Positions 29,562-43,401 of a DNA stretch of 64,000 bases are shown piece by piece. Position 1 is the first letter of the stretch; each line of letters begins with the position of its first letter. Where the stretch lies: assembly GCA_963666485.2 (NCBI GenBank), contig CAXXUO010000003.1:224001-288000 (forward strand), written 5' to 3'. A program made the position numbers and the translations under genes. A model generated the notes under the pieces. The model made no database searches. It was not told the origin of the DNA and worked only from the letters and a program-made list of their open reading frames with translations. This DNA is from Syntrophorhabdaceae bacterium. GTDB lineage: Bacteria > Desulfobacterota > Syntrophorhabdia > Syntrophorhabdales > Syntrophorhabdaceae.

Positions 29562-30818
29562 TTATCTATACAGCAGCGCTTGCGTCCTGTACCACGCCAG
29601 GGTGGCGTCGAATTTTTGGAGGTAGATCTGGGTTTCGGACGGAATGGCGGCTGTCCAGTTGTCGCCGTGCCTTTCCATGCTCCCCCGGGTCCTGCCGGGG
29701 CCGCAGTTGTATGCGGAGGCGAGGAACCTTCCCAAGGCCGCCGGGTCTTCAAGCAGGCGCTGTCTGCGGGTATCGCTCAGCACATACATGTCGGCATCGA
29801 AAAGAAGGAAAGAGGCTTTCGCAGCATTTTGATGGTCTTCCATACCCCGAACAAAATCCCGGTTGAGCCCGGCAGCGGGATACAGGTTCTGAATCCTTTT
29901 GTATGTGCCGGGAATGAACTGGAAGAGGCCCATCGCGCCGGCCTTCGACCGCGAATACCGATAGGCGTTCTGCCTGTTGGTGCCCAGGATAACGAGAGTT
30001 TCATTGATGAGTTTCTCGGGTGTGTATTTCCCGCTTAAGAATTTGCCGGGATCGATATGCTCGATGATGGCGAGGACGACTGATATGTCATCATCGATGA
30101 ATGAATTGCATGACCGCGGAAATACCCGCCGCTTGAGAAGATCGTCCTTGGCTTCACCTATGATGTACCGCAGGTAATCGAGCCCTGCTTTGCGGACTGC
30201 AGGTATGTCGATGCCTTCGGAATACGGTGTGTAAATGACCTCCTTGAAACCGCTTCCGCTGCGGACGGGCCGCTTCAATGCAAGCACGACATGATGTTCC
30301 TGCGAGATGATCGTGAATTTCGTATTGACGCCATTGGCCTTACCCGGCTCGATGACGGCATTTTCCGCGCGGGCGCCGAGTCTCGGGTGAACCCTGACGA
30401 TCTTGATCTCCCGTGTCGGCACATTTTCGACCGCCAGGAGTATCGTGAATTCCCCGAGTTCCGGTCTGCCGTATGTTACCACGGTCTTGTACTTCTGACC
30501 CTTTTTCCCCTTTTTTCCAACCTTGATCTTCTTCACGGATTTTACGCGCACGACCTTAAAGCCGCAGGTGGCCTTTTCCAGCATTGCCCGCGCCCGCGTG
30601 ATATCTTCGAAAATATTGAAATTTATATTATCTCTTTTGCCTGTCGGTGATGCTATCTCTATTGAATCCTCGACCTCGGCCTCGATCTCTTCCTCGCTGC
30701 CCATTGTCTGGGCATGCAAAGGAATAGATGCGGGGAACGGCCCGGGAACGAACAGGACGAGAAGGATAGCGAAACATACTGTACTGATCGATCTTTTCAG
30801 AAACGGCCCTCTCTGCAT
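29562..30818 (-). CDS. Exported protein with C-terminal lytic transglycosylase (SLT) domain
   Basis: IEHID, SKAGAMGLFQF, AYNCGPG, ETQIYL. Confidence 0.85.
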   Translation of the reverse strand: MQRGPFLKRSISTVCFAILLVLFVPGPFPASIPLHAQTMGSEEEIEAEVEDSIEIASPTGKRDNINFNIFEDITRARAMLEKATCGFKVVRVKSVKKIKVGKKGKKGQKYKTVVTYGRPELGEFTILLAVENVPTREIKIVRVHPRLGARAENAVIEPGKANGVNTKFTIISQEHHVVLALKRPVRSGSGFKEVIYTPYSEGIDIPAVRKAGLDYLRYIIGEAKDDLLKRRVFPRSCNSFIDDDISVVLAIIEHIDPGKFLSGKYTPEKLINETLVILGTNRQNAYRYSRSKAGAMGLFQFIPGTYKRIQNLYPAAGLNRDFVRGMEDHQNAAKASFLLFDADMYVLSDTRRQRLLEDPAALGRFLASAYNCGPGRTRGSMERHGDNWTAAIPSETQIYLQKFDATLAWYRTQALLYR

Positions 30819-30827
30819 AAATGCGGG

Positions 30828-31838
30828 TTATTCAGTTGGCTCATAGACGTACTTTCCCGTTGTGTCGATATAACCCCATTTCGACCCGGACTGGACACGC
30901 GCGAGCCCTTCCGAGAAGGGATCGATGTAGTCGTATACGGGTTTGATCACCAGGTTGCCGGTGCGGTCGATAAAACCCCACTTGCTGCCCACCTGTACGC
31001 CGGCAAAGCCTTCCGTGAACCGGTTGACCTTCTTGAACTGCGGGCTTATCACGAGCGCTCCCGTCTTGTCGATAAAGCCCCATTTTCTCTTGACCTGGAC
31101 GCGGGCAAAGCCGTCGGAGAACCTGTTCGCATTCCTGAATTGCGGCTGAATGACAAAGATATCCTGTTTGTCGATAAATCCAAACTTTTTATTGAGGACG
31201 ACGGGAGCAAGGCCTTCCGAGAAGGGGAGGGCAAAATCGTATACCGGCTGCATCACCACCTGGCCGGAATGGTCGATATAACCATATTTCTTTCCGATAA
31301 GCGCTACGGCAAGGCCATCGCTGAAACGGGATATTTCTGCATATTTCGGTTCGATGACCGTCTTGCCCGCTTTATCGATAAATCCCCACTTACCGTTCAC
31401 CCTGACGCCCGCAAGACCTTCGGAGAACGGCTGTGCATCGTTAAACACTGCAGCAACCACAATGTTGCCTGTTTTATCGATATACCCCGATCTGCCTCTT
31501 ATCGTTACCTTTGCCATGCCGTCTGAAAAACGCTCGGCGCTGTCAAATTGCGGTTTAATGACCACAGCACCTTCACTGTTGATGTATCCCCATTTTCCAT
31601 TGAGCTGAACCCGTGAAAGCCCCTCGGTGAAAGGGTACGCCGCTTCAAAGCGGGGTTCGATCACTATCTTCCCCGTCCTGTCGATGAACCCCCATTTCCC
31701 GTCCCGGGATATGGCGAATAAGCCGGCTTTCTCCTTATTTTCGAAGTCCAGCTGGGGATACGCAGCAGGTGCAAGAAAGAATGTGGCGAGCATAGAGATC
31801 AGGACGGCCAGCGAATATGCCCTTGCCCTGTTTTTCAT
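30828..31838 (-). CDS. WG (KWG) repeat exported protein
   Basis: About nine repeats of GKWGFIDxxGxxVIxPxF...FSEGLA. Confidence 0.95.
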   Translation of the reverse strand: MKNRARAYSLAVLISMLATFFLAPAAYPQLDFENKEKAGLFAISRDGKWGFIDRTGKIVIEPRFEAAYPFTEGLSRVQLNGKWGYINSEGAVVIKPQFDSAERFSDGMAKVTIRGRSGYIDKTGNIVVAAVFNDAQPFSEGLAGVRVNGKWGFIDKAGKTVIEPKYAEISRFSDGLAVALIGKKYGYIDHSGQVVMQPVYDFALPFSEGLAPVVLNKKFGFIDKQDIFVIQPQFRNANRFSDGFARVQVKRKWGFIDKTGALVISPQFKKVNRFTEGFAGVQVGSKWGFIDRTGNLVIKPVYDYIDPFSEGLARVQSGSKWGYIDTTGKYVYEPTE

Positions 31839-32044
31839 AACCCGTTCCTCCTGTCATGGTGATGAAAATACGCCGGCCCGGTCCCCGGCTTTTAAAATCC
31901 CGGCTAAAGTTGGTACTGTTCCTAATCATAGCATATCCTCGAAGAGAGCCGCAAAGGTTTATAGAGGGTTAAATAACCTGTGGACATGAGGGCACTGATC
32001 ATGTTGAATGTTATGTACAAAAAAGACGATGGGAGACGGTTCAC

Positions 32045-33565
32045 ATGAAGCGCAGCATCATCCTGGCATTATGGATTCTTTTCCTGGCACATCCCGTTCT
32101 TGCGGACAAGGGACCGATAATCTGGCAGGAAGGCGTAACCCTGACGCAACAGTCTCAGAAGGCAATAATAGCCCATAACGGATCAGGGCAGGTGCTGATA
32201 CTTGGGACCGAGATGCGCGGGAACCGGGATGCGGATATTCTCGAATTCATACCTTTTCCCTCGGAGCCTGCCGTCGCAAAAGCCACCGGCGACCCTTTCG
32301 CTGCGGCAGCACGGCTTATCACCCAAAAAGGCCTCGTATTTTTCAGAAGCGGGGATCACGTGGTGAAGGGAGGTCAAGGGAGTGAGGCAGCCACAGTCCC
32401 CGTCGAGATTCTCATGTCGAAGAAGATCGGTCTTCATGACGTAACGGTGATCAAAATAAATGATGTCGGGGAATTCAGGGCCTGGTGTGAAGGATTTTTC
32501 AGGCAAAAGGGCATCAGTGCGGACAATGAAAGGCTGTCTGCCGTATACGACAATGCCAGCGATTATACGCGCAGGGGATATACGTATTTTGTGTTCGACC
32601 AGGTAAAGGTTTCCCATGAGATCCGTTTCATCGAGCCGCTCGTCTACAGATTTAAATCCGCGGCCATATATTACCCCCTGAAAACATCGAACCTTTTCGG
32701 GGGCAGGGGAGATGTCGAGCTCATATTGCTCCTTCCCGGCTCTGTCATGAACGATGCATGGCAGAACATACGGGGGATCTTCGACATGTCCCGGGGGCCT
32801 GCGATCGAGCTGAGCTCATCGTCGAAAGTGTATCGCAGCGAGTTGCGCCCGTTCGATCTCTCTTCTTTTTTCGGCCCCGGGTCGAAGATCTACATGCAGG
32901 TACTGAAATACAGGGGCGTGTATAGCTTCAAAGATGATCTGTCGTATAGTATCAGCAAGCTCAGGCCGTACGCATACCGCTTTGAATCAACGCGATGGCA
33001 CGGTCAAAATAAAGAATTCACGCCCGATTTCACGCGGGAAGAGGTCCGCGATCTCAGGGAATTCTTCTGTCCGAAGAGTAGTGATCCCAATTACATGTTC
33101 GAGATGCTCGATTATTCGATCAACTGCTGGAGCTTCATTCCTAACGATGATTACGAGGTATATGCGGCAATCTTCAGAGATCCGCCGTCAGGCATCCCGC
33201 GGCGTGACGTTATACTGGGCAGAACAACGATAAAGAATACTCTCAAGGGATCGAAGCTGGCGCTTGATAAGACGCTCGTCAAGGATTTCAATGAAAAGAA
33301 CGTTGCCAGCCTGCCGCTCGAGAACGCGTTTCCCGATGATGAGAGCCTTGCCATTACATTTGAGGACGACAAATCCGGGAGAGTCCTTCCCGGCTCGGGC
33401 AAAACATACGTTTCACGCGTCGGTTTCGATCAGAAAAGAACAACGGCGCTTGTCTACGTGGATCACGCGTCGGGCCCGAGGTCGGGCGCAGAATATTACA
33501 TAACCCTGCGAAAAACTGACGGGAAATGGACGGTCGAGAAAGCGGTGATGGTGGGTGCACACTAA
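32045..33565 (+). CDS. Exported protein, DUF2330-like N-terminus
   Basis: Signal peptide, QKAIIAHNG..QVLIL, FIPFPSEP, PLVYRF...YYPLK. Confidence 0.7.
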   Translation: MKRSIILALWILFLAHPVLADKGPIIWQEGVTLTQQSQKAIIAHNGSGQVLILGTEMRGNRDADILEFIPFPSEPAVAKATGDPFAAAARLITQKGLVFFRSGDHVVKGGQGSEAATVPVEILMSKKIGLHDVTVIKINDVGEFRAWCEGFFRQKGISADNERLSAVYDNASDYTRRGYTYFVFDQVKVSHEIRFIEPLVYRFKSAAIYYPLKTSNLFGGRGDVELILLLPGSVMNDAWQNIRGIFDMSRGPAIELSSSSKVYRSELRPFDLSSFFGPGSKIYMQVLKYRGVYSFKDDLSYSISKLRPYAYRFESTRWHGQNKEFTPDFTREEVRDLREFFCPKSSDPNYMFEMLDYSINCWSFIPNDDYEVYAAIFRDPPSGIPRRDVILGRTTIKNTLKGSKLALDKTLVKDFNEKNVASLPLENAFPDDESLAITFEDDKSGRVLPGSGKTYVSRVGFDQKRTTALVYVDHASGPRSGAEYYITLRKTDGKWTVEKAVMVGAH

Positions 33566-33570
33566 AAGAT

Positions 33571-33626
33571 GGTTCAAGGTTCAAGGTTCAAGGTTCAAGG
33601 TTCAAGGTTCAAGGTTCAAGGTTCAA
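33571..33626 (+). repeat. (GGTTCAA)8 heptamer array
   Basis: Eight perfect copies starting 5 nt after the stop at 33565. Confidence 0.95.
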
Positions 33627-33641
33627 AAGCAAACAACAACG

Positions 33642-33750
33642 GTCACCCCGGCGCTTGACACCGGGACCCAACCCTCCATCCGTCACCCCCGTGCTTGATG
33701 CCTCGATCCAACCCTCCATCCGTCATCCCGGTGCTTGACACCGGGATCCA
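33642..33750. repeat. Three REP-like palindromes GTCAYCCCGGYGCTTGACACCGGGAYCCA, 40-bp period
   Basis: Copies at 33642, 33682 (degenerate) and 33722, joined by an identical ACCCTCCATCC linker. Confidence 0.85.
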
Positions 33751-33783
33751 AGCAACTGTGTTCGATGTCAACTGATTTCTTCT

Positions 33784-37088
<3,305 letters not shown>

Positions 37089-37200
37089 TCTTGGGTTCCT
37101 TCAGTATCCTTATAACACTTTTACCGCCATATCCAAAGTATTGTTGCCGTATGGATTGCTATTTATGGAGCAAGTTCCTATAATACGTTTTACGGTGGCG

Positions 37201-38913
37201 ATGGATTACAGTATCAAGATAGGCGGAGAGGCGGGGCAGGGCATCCAGACGATCGGCGATGTCCTCGGACGGGTGTTCGCGCGGTCGGGCTACCATGTTT
37301 TTACGGACCAGGATTACGAGTCCAGGATACGCGGAGGCCATAATTTTTACCGGATACGCCTGTCCGATGTACCCATCCGGGCGCCGAAGAAAGCGCTCGA
37401 TATCCTTATTGCCTTCGACGGCGCCTCGATCACGCTTCATCAGCCTGAGATGTGCGAAGAGGGCACGATCATATACGATTCCGCTCTCCTGAAGCAGTCA
37501 TACGATGGGCCGCAGTTCCTCGACATCCCTTTTCTCAAGCTCGCTACCGATACGGGAGCCCCCAGGATCGTTGCAAACACGGTAGCGACAGGTGCGGTCC
37601 TCGGAATGCTCGGTCTTTCCCTTAAACCCCTGTTCGATATCATGGATATTATTCTGAAGAAAAAGGATGATCGAACGCGAGAGCAGAACAGGCTCGCCGC
37701 TGTAGCGGGGCACGATTTTGCGGTTGCCAACTGCAGGCGGTGTTCATTCGCATTGAATCCCGGAGGCTCTCCCAAAATGCTGCTGCCCGGCAACGAGGCG
37801 GTCGGCCTGGGGGCCCTTGCAGGAGGCTGCCGGTTCTACAGTGCCTACCCGATGACGCCGTCGACGGGCATCATGACCTATGTCGGGTCAAAAGCGAAGG
37901 AATACGGCGTCGTTGTGGAGCAGGCAGAGGACGAGATCGCCGCTGTCAACATGGCCCTCGGGGCATCTTATGCGGGTGTCCGGTCGATGACCGGGACATC
38001 GGGAGGCGGGTTCGCCCTTATGGTGGAAGGGGTTTCCCTTGCAGCCATGACGGAGACGCCCGTTGTCATTGCGCTTGCCCAGCGGCCCGGACCTGCGACG
38101 GGACTGCCTACCCGCACCGAACAGGCGGACCTTTTCTTCGCCCTGTACGCCGGGCACGGTGAGTTTCCCCGCATTATCTTCGCACCCGGAGATCCCGAAC
38201 AGGCCATCAGGTTGACGGCGAAGGCATTTGACCTGACACAGAAATACCAGGTCACCTCCATCATTATGACGGACCAGTACCTGGGTGACACGCAGTGGAC
38301 TTTCGACAGCATTTCCCTCGACGACCTGCCCGTGCGCGACTACAGGGCAGACAGGACCAGCGTTGACGCCCTCGATGAGTACAAGCGGCACGCCTTGACG
38401 GAAACAGGCATATCGCCGTTTGCCATACCGGGGAGAACGCGGCATGTCGTCGTGACCGACAGCGACGAGCATACCGAAGGGGGTCATCTCGTCGAAGATG
38501 CCGGGATACGCAGGGAGATGGTTGAAAAAAGGCTCTTCCGGAAGATCGAGGACATCAGGAAAGAGATCTCGCCCCCCTCGTATTTCGGTCCCGAGGGCCC
38601 GGTGATCGTTCTCGTTTCGTGGGGATCGACATATGGCGTCGTCCGCGAAGTAATGGAAGAAATGGCCGGCAAGGGCGTCGGGATGCTTCATTTCAGCGAG
38701 ATCTACCCATTTCCCGGGACGGAGAAATTCGATTATACGGGCCTTCTCATGAGGGCCGCCCAGAGGATATGCATAGAGAACAACGCGACATCGCAATTCG
38801 CCCGGCTTCTCACGGCCAGCACAGGGTGTACGGTAACAGGGAATATTACGCGGTACGATGGAAGGCCGTGGGTTGTAGAGGAATTGCGGGAGGAGATACG
38901 TGGCAGGATCTGA
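37201..38913 (+). CDS. 2-oxoacid:ferredoxin oxidoreductase alpha subunit (gamma-alpha fusion, KorA-type)
   Basis: GGEAGQG, YESRIRGGHN, YPMTPS, QRPGPATGLPT. Confidence 0.95.
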   Translation: MDYSIKIGGEAGQGIQTIGDVLGRVFARSGYHVFTDQDYESRIRGGHNFYRIRLSDVPIRAPKKALDILIAFDGASITLHQPEMCEEGTIIYDSALLKQSYDGPQFLDIPFLKLATDTGAPRIVANTVATGAVLGMLGLSLKPLFDIMDIILKKKDDRTREQNRLAAVAGHDFAVANCRRCSFALNPGGSPKMLLPGNEAVGLGALAGGCRFYSAYPMTPSTGIMTYVGSKAKEYGVVVEQAEDEIAAVNMALGASYAGVRSMTGTSGGGFALMVEGVSLAAMTETPVVIALAQRPGPATGLPTRTEQADLFFALYAGHGEFPRIIFAPGDPEQAIRLTAKAFDLTQKYQVTSIIMTDQYLGDTQWTFDSISLDDLPVRDYRADRTSVDALDEYKRHALTETGISPFAIPGRTRHVVVTDSDEHTEGGHLVEDAGIRREMVEKRLFRKIEDIRKEISPPSYFGPEGPVIVLVSWGSTYGVVREVMEEMAGKGVGMLHFSEIYPFPGTEKFDYTGLLMRAAQRICIENNATSQFARLLTASTGCTVTGNITRYDGRPWVVEELREEIRGRI

Positions 38914-39763
38914 CAAATACCAGGGCGAAATTCCTGCCTGGTGCCCCGGGTGCGGTAATTTCCCGATATTGAGTGCATTTAAACAGGCGCTCTCTGAAGA
39001 GAATATCGAGCCCAATGAATTCTGCATCGTGTCAGGCATAGGGCAGGCCGGGAAATTTCCCCATTATGTCCGGTGCAACACGTTCAACGGGCTTCACGGG
39101 CGCTCGCTTCCCGTAGCAACCGGGATCAAGCTTGCCAACCATACGATGCTGGTGATGGCTTTCGGCGGTGACGGGGACATGTACGGCGAGGGAGGCAACC
39201 ACCTCGTCCACGCGATACGCCGGAATATAGGGGTGAAGGTCTTTGTCCACGACAACCAGATCTATGGCCTGACGAAAGGCCAGGCGTCGCCGACAAGCAT
39301 GGAGGGGATGGTCACAAAGAACCAGCCCTTCGGGGTGCTTTCCGAACAGTTCAACCCCATGGCAATGGCGGTGGCCCTCGATTGCGGGTTTGTCGCGCGC
39401 GGGTATGCGGGTGACGGGAAGCACCTGACGGCGCTCATAAGAGAGGCCATACGATATCCGGGTCTTTCTCTCGTCGATATGCTTCAGCCATGCGTTTCCT
39501 TCAATAAGATCAATACGTATGAATGGTACGGGAAACGGGTGTACCATGTCGGGGACGATCATGATCCCCGCGACAGGGTGAAGGCGTTCGCGCTGGCGCT
39601 CGAATGGGGAGACAGGATACCCATCGGCGTCATCTACCGCAACGACCGCCCCGCTTTTGAAAGCCGGGTCCCCGTCCTAAGCGGCGGACCGCTTGTCGAT
39701 GACAGGACCGACCCTGATGCGCTCAGAAAGAAATTGGCTGAAACTTTGCGCGAATTCTATTAA
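38900..39763 (+). CDS. 2-oxoacid:ferredoxin oxidoreductase beta subunit (KorB-type)
   Basis: [21 protein letters not shown]. Confidence 0.95.
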   Translation: MAGSDKYQGEIPAWCPGCGNFPILSAFKQALSEENIEPNEFCIVSGIGQAGKFPHYVRCNTFNGLHGRSLPVATGIKLANHTMLVMAFGGDGDMYGEGGNHLVHAIRRNIGVKVFVHDNQIYGLTKGQASPTSMEGMVTKNQPFGVLSEQFNPMAMAVALDCGFVARGYAGDGKHLTALIREAIRYPGLSLVDMLQPCVSFNKINTYEWYGKRVYHVGDDHDPRDRVKAFALALEWGDRIPIGVIYRNDRPAFESRVPVLSGGPLVDDRTDPDALRKKLAETLREFY

Positions 39764-39801
39764 AATACATTTCCAGTTCAAAACAAATCAAGGAGGATGC
39801 G

Positions 39802-40491
39802 ATGAATCTCAAGGCCATTCAGAAGATCTGTTACGGGGTTTATATTATCAGCTCGAAAAAGGATGACAAGATAAATGGGCAAATAGCAAATACAGCCTTT
39901 CAGATCACATCGGATCCGCCGACGCTGGCGATCAGCATCAATAAACAGAACCTGACCCACCAGTTCATAGAAACAAGCAAGGTATTCACCGTATCGATCC
40001 TGTCGAAGTTTGCCCCCATGACGCTTATTGGCAAATTCGGGTTCAAATCCGGAAGGGATATCGATAAATTTGCTGACACGAAGTATAAAACGGGTGCGAC
40101 AGGCGCACCGATCGTTCTCGACAACACCGTTGGTCACCTGGAATGCGAAGTCCTCAGTATGACAGATGTCGGGACGCATACCATTTTTATCGGTAAGGTT
40201 GTCGATTGCGACGTGCTCAGTGACAATGAACCCATGACATATGCGTATTATCACCAGGTCAAAGGCGGCAAGGAACCAAAGACCGCACCGACATATATCA
40301 AGGAAGAATCCGCAAAAGAGGCCCCCGAGGATTCGGGCAAGTACGTCTGCAATGTGTGCGGATATGTGTATGACCCGGCTGCCGGGGATCCCGACCATGA
40401 CATCAAACCGGGTACACGCTTCGAGGACCTGCCTGATTCATGGGTCTGCCCGATATGCGGTGCACCGAAAAGTGAATTTTCCAAGGAATAA
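39802..40491 (+). CDS. Flavin reductase-rubredoxin fusion (high-molecular-weight rubredoxin)
   Basis: GTHTIFIG flavin reductase plus [12 protein letters not shown]...WVCPICG. Confidence 0.93.
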   Translation: MNLKAIQKICYGVYIISSKKDDKINGQIANTAFQITSDPPTLAISINKQNLTHQFIETSKVFTVSILSKFAPMTLIGKFGFKSGRDIDKFADTKYKTGATGAPIVLDNTVGHLECEVLSMTDVGTHTIFIGKVVDCDVLSDNEPMTYAYYHQVKGGKEPKTAPTYIKEESAKEAPEDSGKYVCNVCGYVYDPAAGDPDHDIKPGTRFEDLPDSWVCPICGAPKSEFSKE

Positions 40492-40505
40492 CAGCGAGGG
40501 TAACG

Positions 40506-41393
40506 ATGTCGAATATAATACGGGAAACTAATTTTGACGCACTTGGCGCCCCTCGCAAAGGTAAAGTGAGGGACATTTACGATTTCGACGGCACATTACT
40601 GATCGTTGCCACGGACAGGCTGTCCGCGTTCGATGTTGTCCTTCCGACCGGCATAGAGGACAAAGGGAAGGTCCTTACCAAGCTTTCCCTTTTCTGGTTT
40701 GATAAGGTCAAGGACATTATCCCGAACCATATCATTGAAACCGACGCCGATAAATACCCTGACCTGTTGAAACAGTACTCCGGGTCCTTAAAGGACAGGA
40801 GCATGCTCGTGAAAAAGGCGAAGGTCCTGCCCGTGGAATGTGTCGTGCGCGGCTACCTCGCAGGGTCCGGCTGGGCTGAGTACCAGAAGTCCGGCACCGT
40901 GTGCGGAATCAAACTGCCCGGGGGCCTGAAGGAATCGTCTAAACTCGAGGCACCGATCTTTACGCCTTCAACAAAGGCGGAAGAAGGCCATGACCTGAAC
41001 ATTTCCTACGAGGAAGCGGTCAAGGTAATTGGCGAGGATTACGCGCGCAAACTTCGGGATTCCAGCATCGCGATCTACGAGAGGGCGCGCGATATCGCGG
41101 AAAAAAGAGGGATCATCGTTGCCGACACAAAGTTCGAGTTCGGTCTTATCGACGGCAGCGTCGTCCTGATCGACGAGGTGCTCACCCCCGATTCATCACG
41201 CTTCTGGTCTATTAAGGATTACGCTCCGGGCAAATCTCAGGACAGCTACGACAAGCAGATAGTGCGCGATTACCTGAATACCCTCGATTGGGGCAAGACA
41301 TACCCCGGCCCCGAGTTGCCTCCCGAGATCGCGAAAAAGACGTCGGAGAGGTACAAAGAGATCTATACGATATTGACGGGTGAACGGATTTAG
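40506..41393 (+). CDS. purC: SAICAR synthase
   Basis: GKVRDIY, TDRLSAFD, DTKFEFG, DEVLTPDSSRFW. Confidence 0.97.
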   Translation: MSNIIRETNFDALGAPRKGKVRDIYDFDGTLLIVATDRLSAFDVVLPTGIEDKGKVLTKLSLFWFDKVKDIIPNHIIETDADKYPDLLKQYSGSLKDRSMLVKKAKVLPVECVVRGYLAGSGWAEYQKSGTVCGIKLPGGLKESSKLEAPIFTPSTKAEEGHDLNISYEEAVKVIGEDYARKLRDSSIAIYERARDIAEKRGIIVADTKFEFGLIDGSVVLIDEVLTPDSSRFWSIKDYAPGKSQDSYDKQIVRDYLNTLDWGKTYPGPELPPEIAKKTSERYKEIYTILTGERI

Positions 41394-41511
41394 TTCAAAG
41401 TTCAAAGTTCAAGGTTCAAGGAAAAAAATGCCGCCCGGCTTTGAAGCCGGCGGCATTTTATTTTGAAGGGATTTTTTTCAGCCTTGAACTTTGAACATTG
41501 AACCTTGAACC
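41393..41511. terminator. Bidirectional terminator hairpin (41425-41459) inside inverted GTTCAAR/YTTGAAC heptamer arms
   Basis: AAAATGCCGCCCGGCTT..AAGCCGGCGGCATTTT between convergent purC and pdxA. Confidence 0.8.
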
Positions 41512-41512
41512 G

Positions 41513-42442
41513 TCACTTAGTCATCGCGCATGCTGTCCTGTACGCTTCGATGAAGCTGGTCGGGTCCGCAATGCCGCGGCCGGCGATATCGAACCCTGTT
41601 CCATGGCCGGGCGATGTTCTGACAAAGGGCAGGCCCAGGGTAATGTTCACGGTCCTTTCGAAATCCACTGTTTTTACAGGTATGAGCCCCTGGTCATGGT
41701 ACATGGCAACGTAAGCATCACAATCAACACGGTGAAAGAGTGAATCTGCAGGGAAGGGGCCTGAGGCATTGATCCCGATTCCCCGTGCACGTTCGATTGC
41801 CCGTTGAATGATCTCTTCCTCATTTCCCATGATCCCCTGTTCGCCCGCGTGGGGGTTCAGCCCGCAGACCTTTATCGAAGGGTTTTTCAAGGACAGGCGC
41901 TGCTCGAGGGAACGGGAGGTGATCTGTATACAGTCAAAAACGGACCGCTCGGTGATCATCGCAGGGACGGTTTTAAGGGGAACGTGTATCGTCACGAGGC
42001 TTACGCGCATCACAGGGTTGGCAAGCATCATAACGTAGCTGCCGACACCGCCGAAATGAGCGAGGAGTTCAGTATGCCCTGGAAAGGGGACTCGGGCCAT
42101 GTTGAGCGACGCCTTGCTTATGGGACATGTCACTATCGCCCGGACCTGTCCGGCGAAAACGAGTTTCAGGGCCTCGAGGATGTATTCAAAGGAGGCGCGC
42201 CCGCAACGGGCGTCGGACGAGCCGGGCGAGATGATGTCCATGCGTTTGAGGTCCAGGAATTCGATGTCGCCCTGATTGCCGTGACCGGGATGCCGGAACG
42301 GATAACGGGGAAGAGAGGGCACGGACGTATACGCAGTTTCGAGCGCCTTTGCGTCCCCGATAATGAGCGGTATGGTTTCTCCCGTGATCTGCAGGAGTGA
42401 CTTGAGTATTATCTCGGGACCTATCCCGGCCGGATCGCCCAT
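41513..42442 (-). CDS. pdxA: 4-hydroxythreonine-4-phosphate dehydrogenase (true start probably further upstream, ~42469)
   Basis: MGDPAGIGPE, GHTE, LNPHAGE, MYHDQG, RTSPGHGT. Confidence 0.95.
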   Translation of the reverse strand: MGDPAGIGPEIILKSLLQITGETIPLIIGDAKALETAYTSVPSLPRYPFRHPGHGNQGDIEFLDLKRMDIISPGSSDARCGRASFEYILEALKLVFAGQVRAIVTCPISKASLNMARVPFPGHTELLAHFGGVGSYVMMLANPVMRVSLVTIHVPLKTVPAMITERSVFDCIQITSRSLEQRLSLKNPSIKVCGLNPHAGEQGIMGNEEEIIQRAIERARGIGINASGPFPADSLFHRVDCDAYVAMYHDQGLIPVKTVDFERTVNITLGLPFVRTSPGHGTGFDIAGRGIADPTSFIEAYRTACAMTK

Positions 42443-42465
42443 CGTGACAGCGATCCGGGTGATCC

Positions 42466-43401
42466 CTATATTTTTACCTCGATATACGATGATCTTTTGA
42501 CCTTATCTATGTAATCCTGGTATCTTTTACTCGACTGCTCCATCATCATGCGTTCCGCAATTAATTTCTTGACCTCTTCATACGGCACAACGCCGGCTGT
42601 TTTGACCTCGATGAGCTTCAATATATGCAGACCGTACGGCGTCGGGACAACAATGGAAAAAGCACCCGGCTGAAGGCCGTTGAGGGCTTCCCTTAAGGTC
42701 GGCAGAAGGTCGCTTCTCTTGACGAACCCAATGTCGCCTCCCATGGGCGCCGAGGGGTCATCGGAGAATTTACGGGCAACATCTGCGAATGACGCGCCGT
42801 CAATCAACTGTTTATACGCTTTTTCGGCGCGTTCACGGATGTCTTTGTGCTGGCCGGATATAAATATCTGCTGGATATGGAACTCTTCTTCCTTGAAGTA
42901 ATCCTGATGACTGTCATAATAGCTCTTCAGGCTATTCTCCGAAAGATTGACCTCCGTGGACACGACCCGCATGAGAAGCCGGCTCTTGAGCATGTTGAGC
43001 TTTATGCCTTCCCTGAACTGTTCATATGTGACGTTGTCTTTCTTGAGTTGCTCCCTCAGTTCCGCATCGGTGATGAGGTTCTGTTTCTGGATGCTTTGAA
43101 TATAATTGGAAACGTCCTGTTCCGTAACAACGATCCCCATCTTTTTTGCCTGCTGCTTTATCAGTGTCCCCTCGATAAAGGAGTCCAGTTTTTCTTTCAT
43201 CTGGAGGTTCCTGAAGTATTCATCGATGGACGTGAATTTCGTTGCGCGCTTCTCGACTTTTACAAAGGCTTCGAAGTCTTTTAATGTCACGATGTCGTCG
43301 TTGATAATGGCGATGACCCTGTCGACAACCTCGGCATGGGCGATGCCCCATGCCAGGACGATAAATAGTGATGTTACGATAATTTTAGTTACGCGTTTCA
43401 T
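42466..43401 (-). CDS. surA: SurA-like chaperone/PPIase
   Basis: VVDRVIAIINDDIVT, parvulin domain; lies upstream of pdxA. Confidence 0.85.
   Translation of the reverse strand: MKRVTKIIVTSLFIVLAWGIAHAEVVDRVIAIINDDIVTLKDFEAFVKVEKRATKFTSIDEYFRNLQMKEKLDSFIEGTLIKQQAKKMGIVVTEQDVSNYIQSIQKQNLITDAELREQLKKDNVTYEQFREGIKLNMLKSRLLMRVVSTEVNLSENSLKSYYDSHQDYFKEEEFHIQQIFISGQHKDIRERAEKAYKQLIDGASFADVARKFSDDPSAPMGGDIGFVKRSDLLPTLREALNGLQPGAFSIVVPTPYGLHILKLIEVKTAGVVPYEEVKKLIAERMMMEQSSKRYQDYIDKVKRSSYIEVKI

Noticed and set aside
33642..33750. Possible mini CRISPR array (palindromic repeats with regular period)
   Set aside because: Linkers are identical and only ~11 bp; no cas genes in the window; fits a REP-like repeat.
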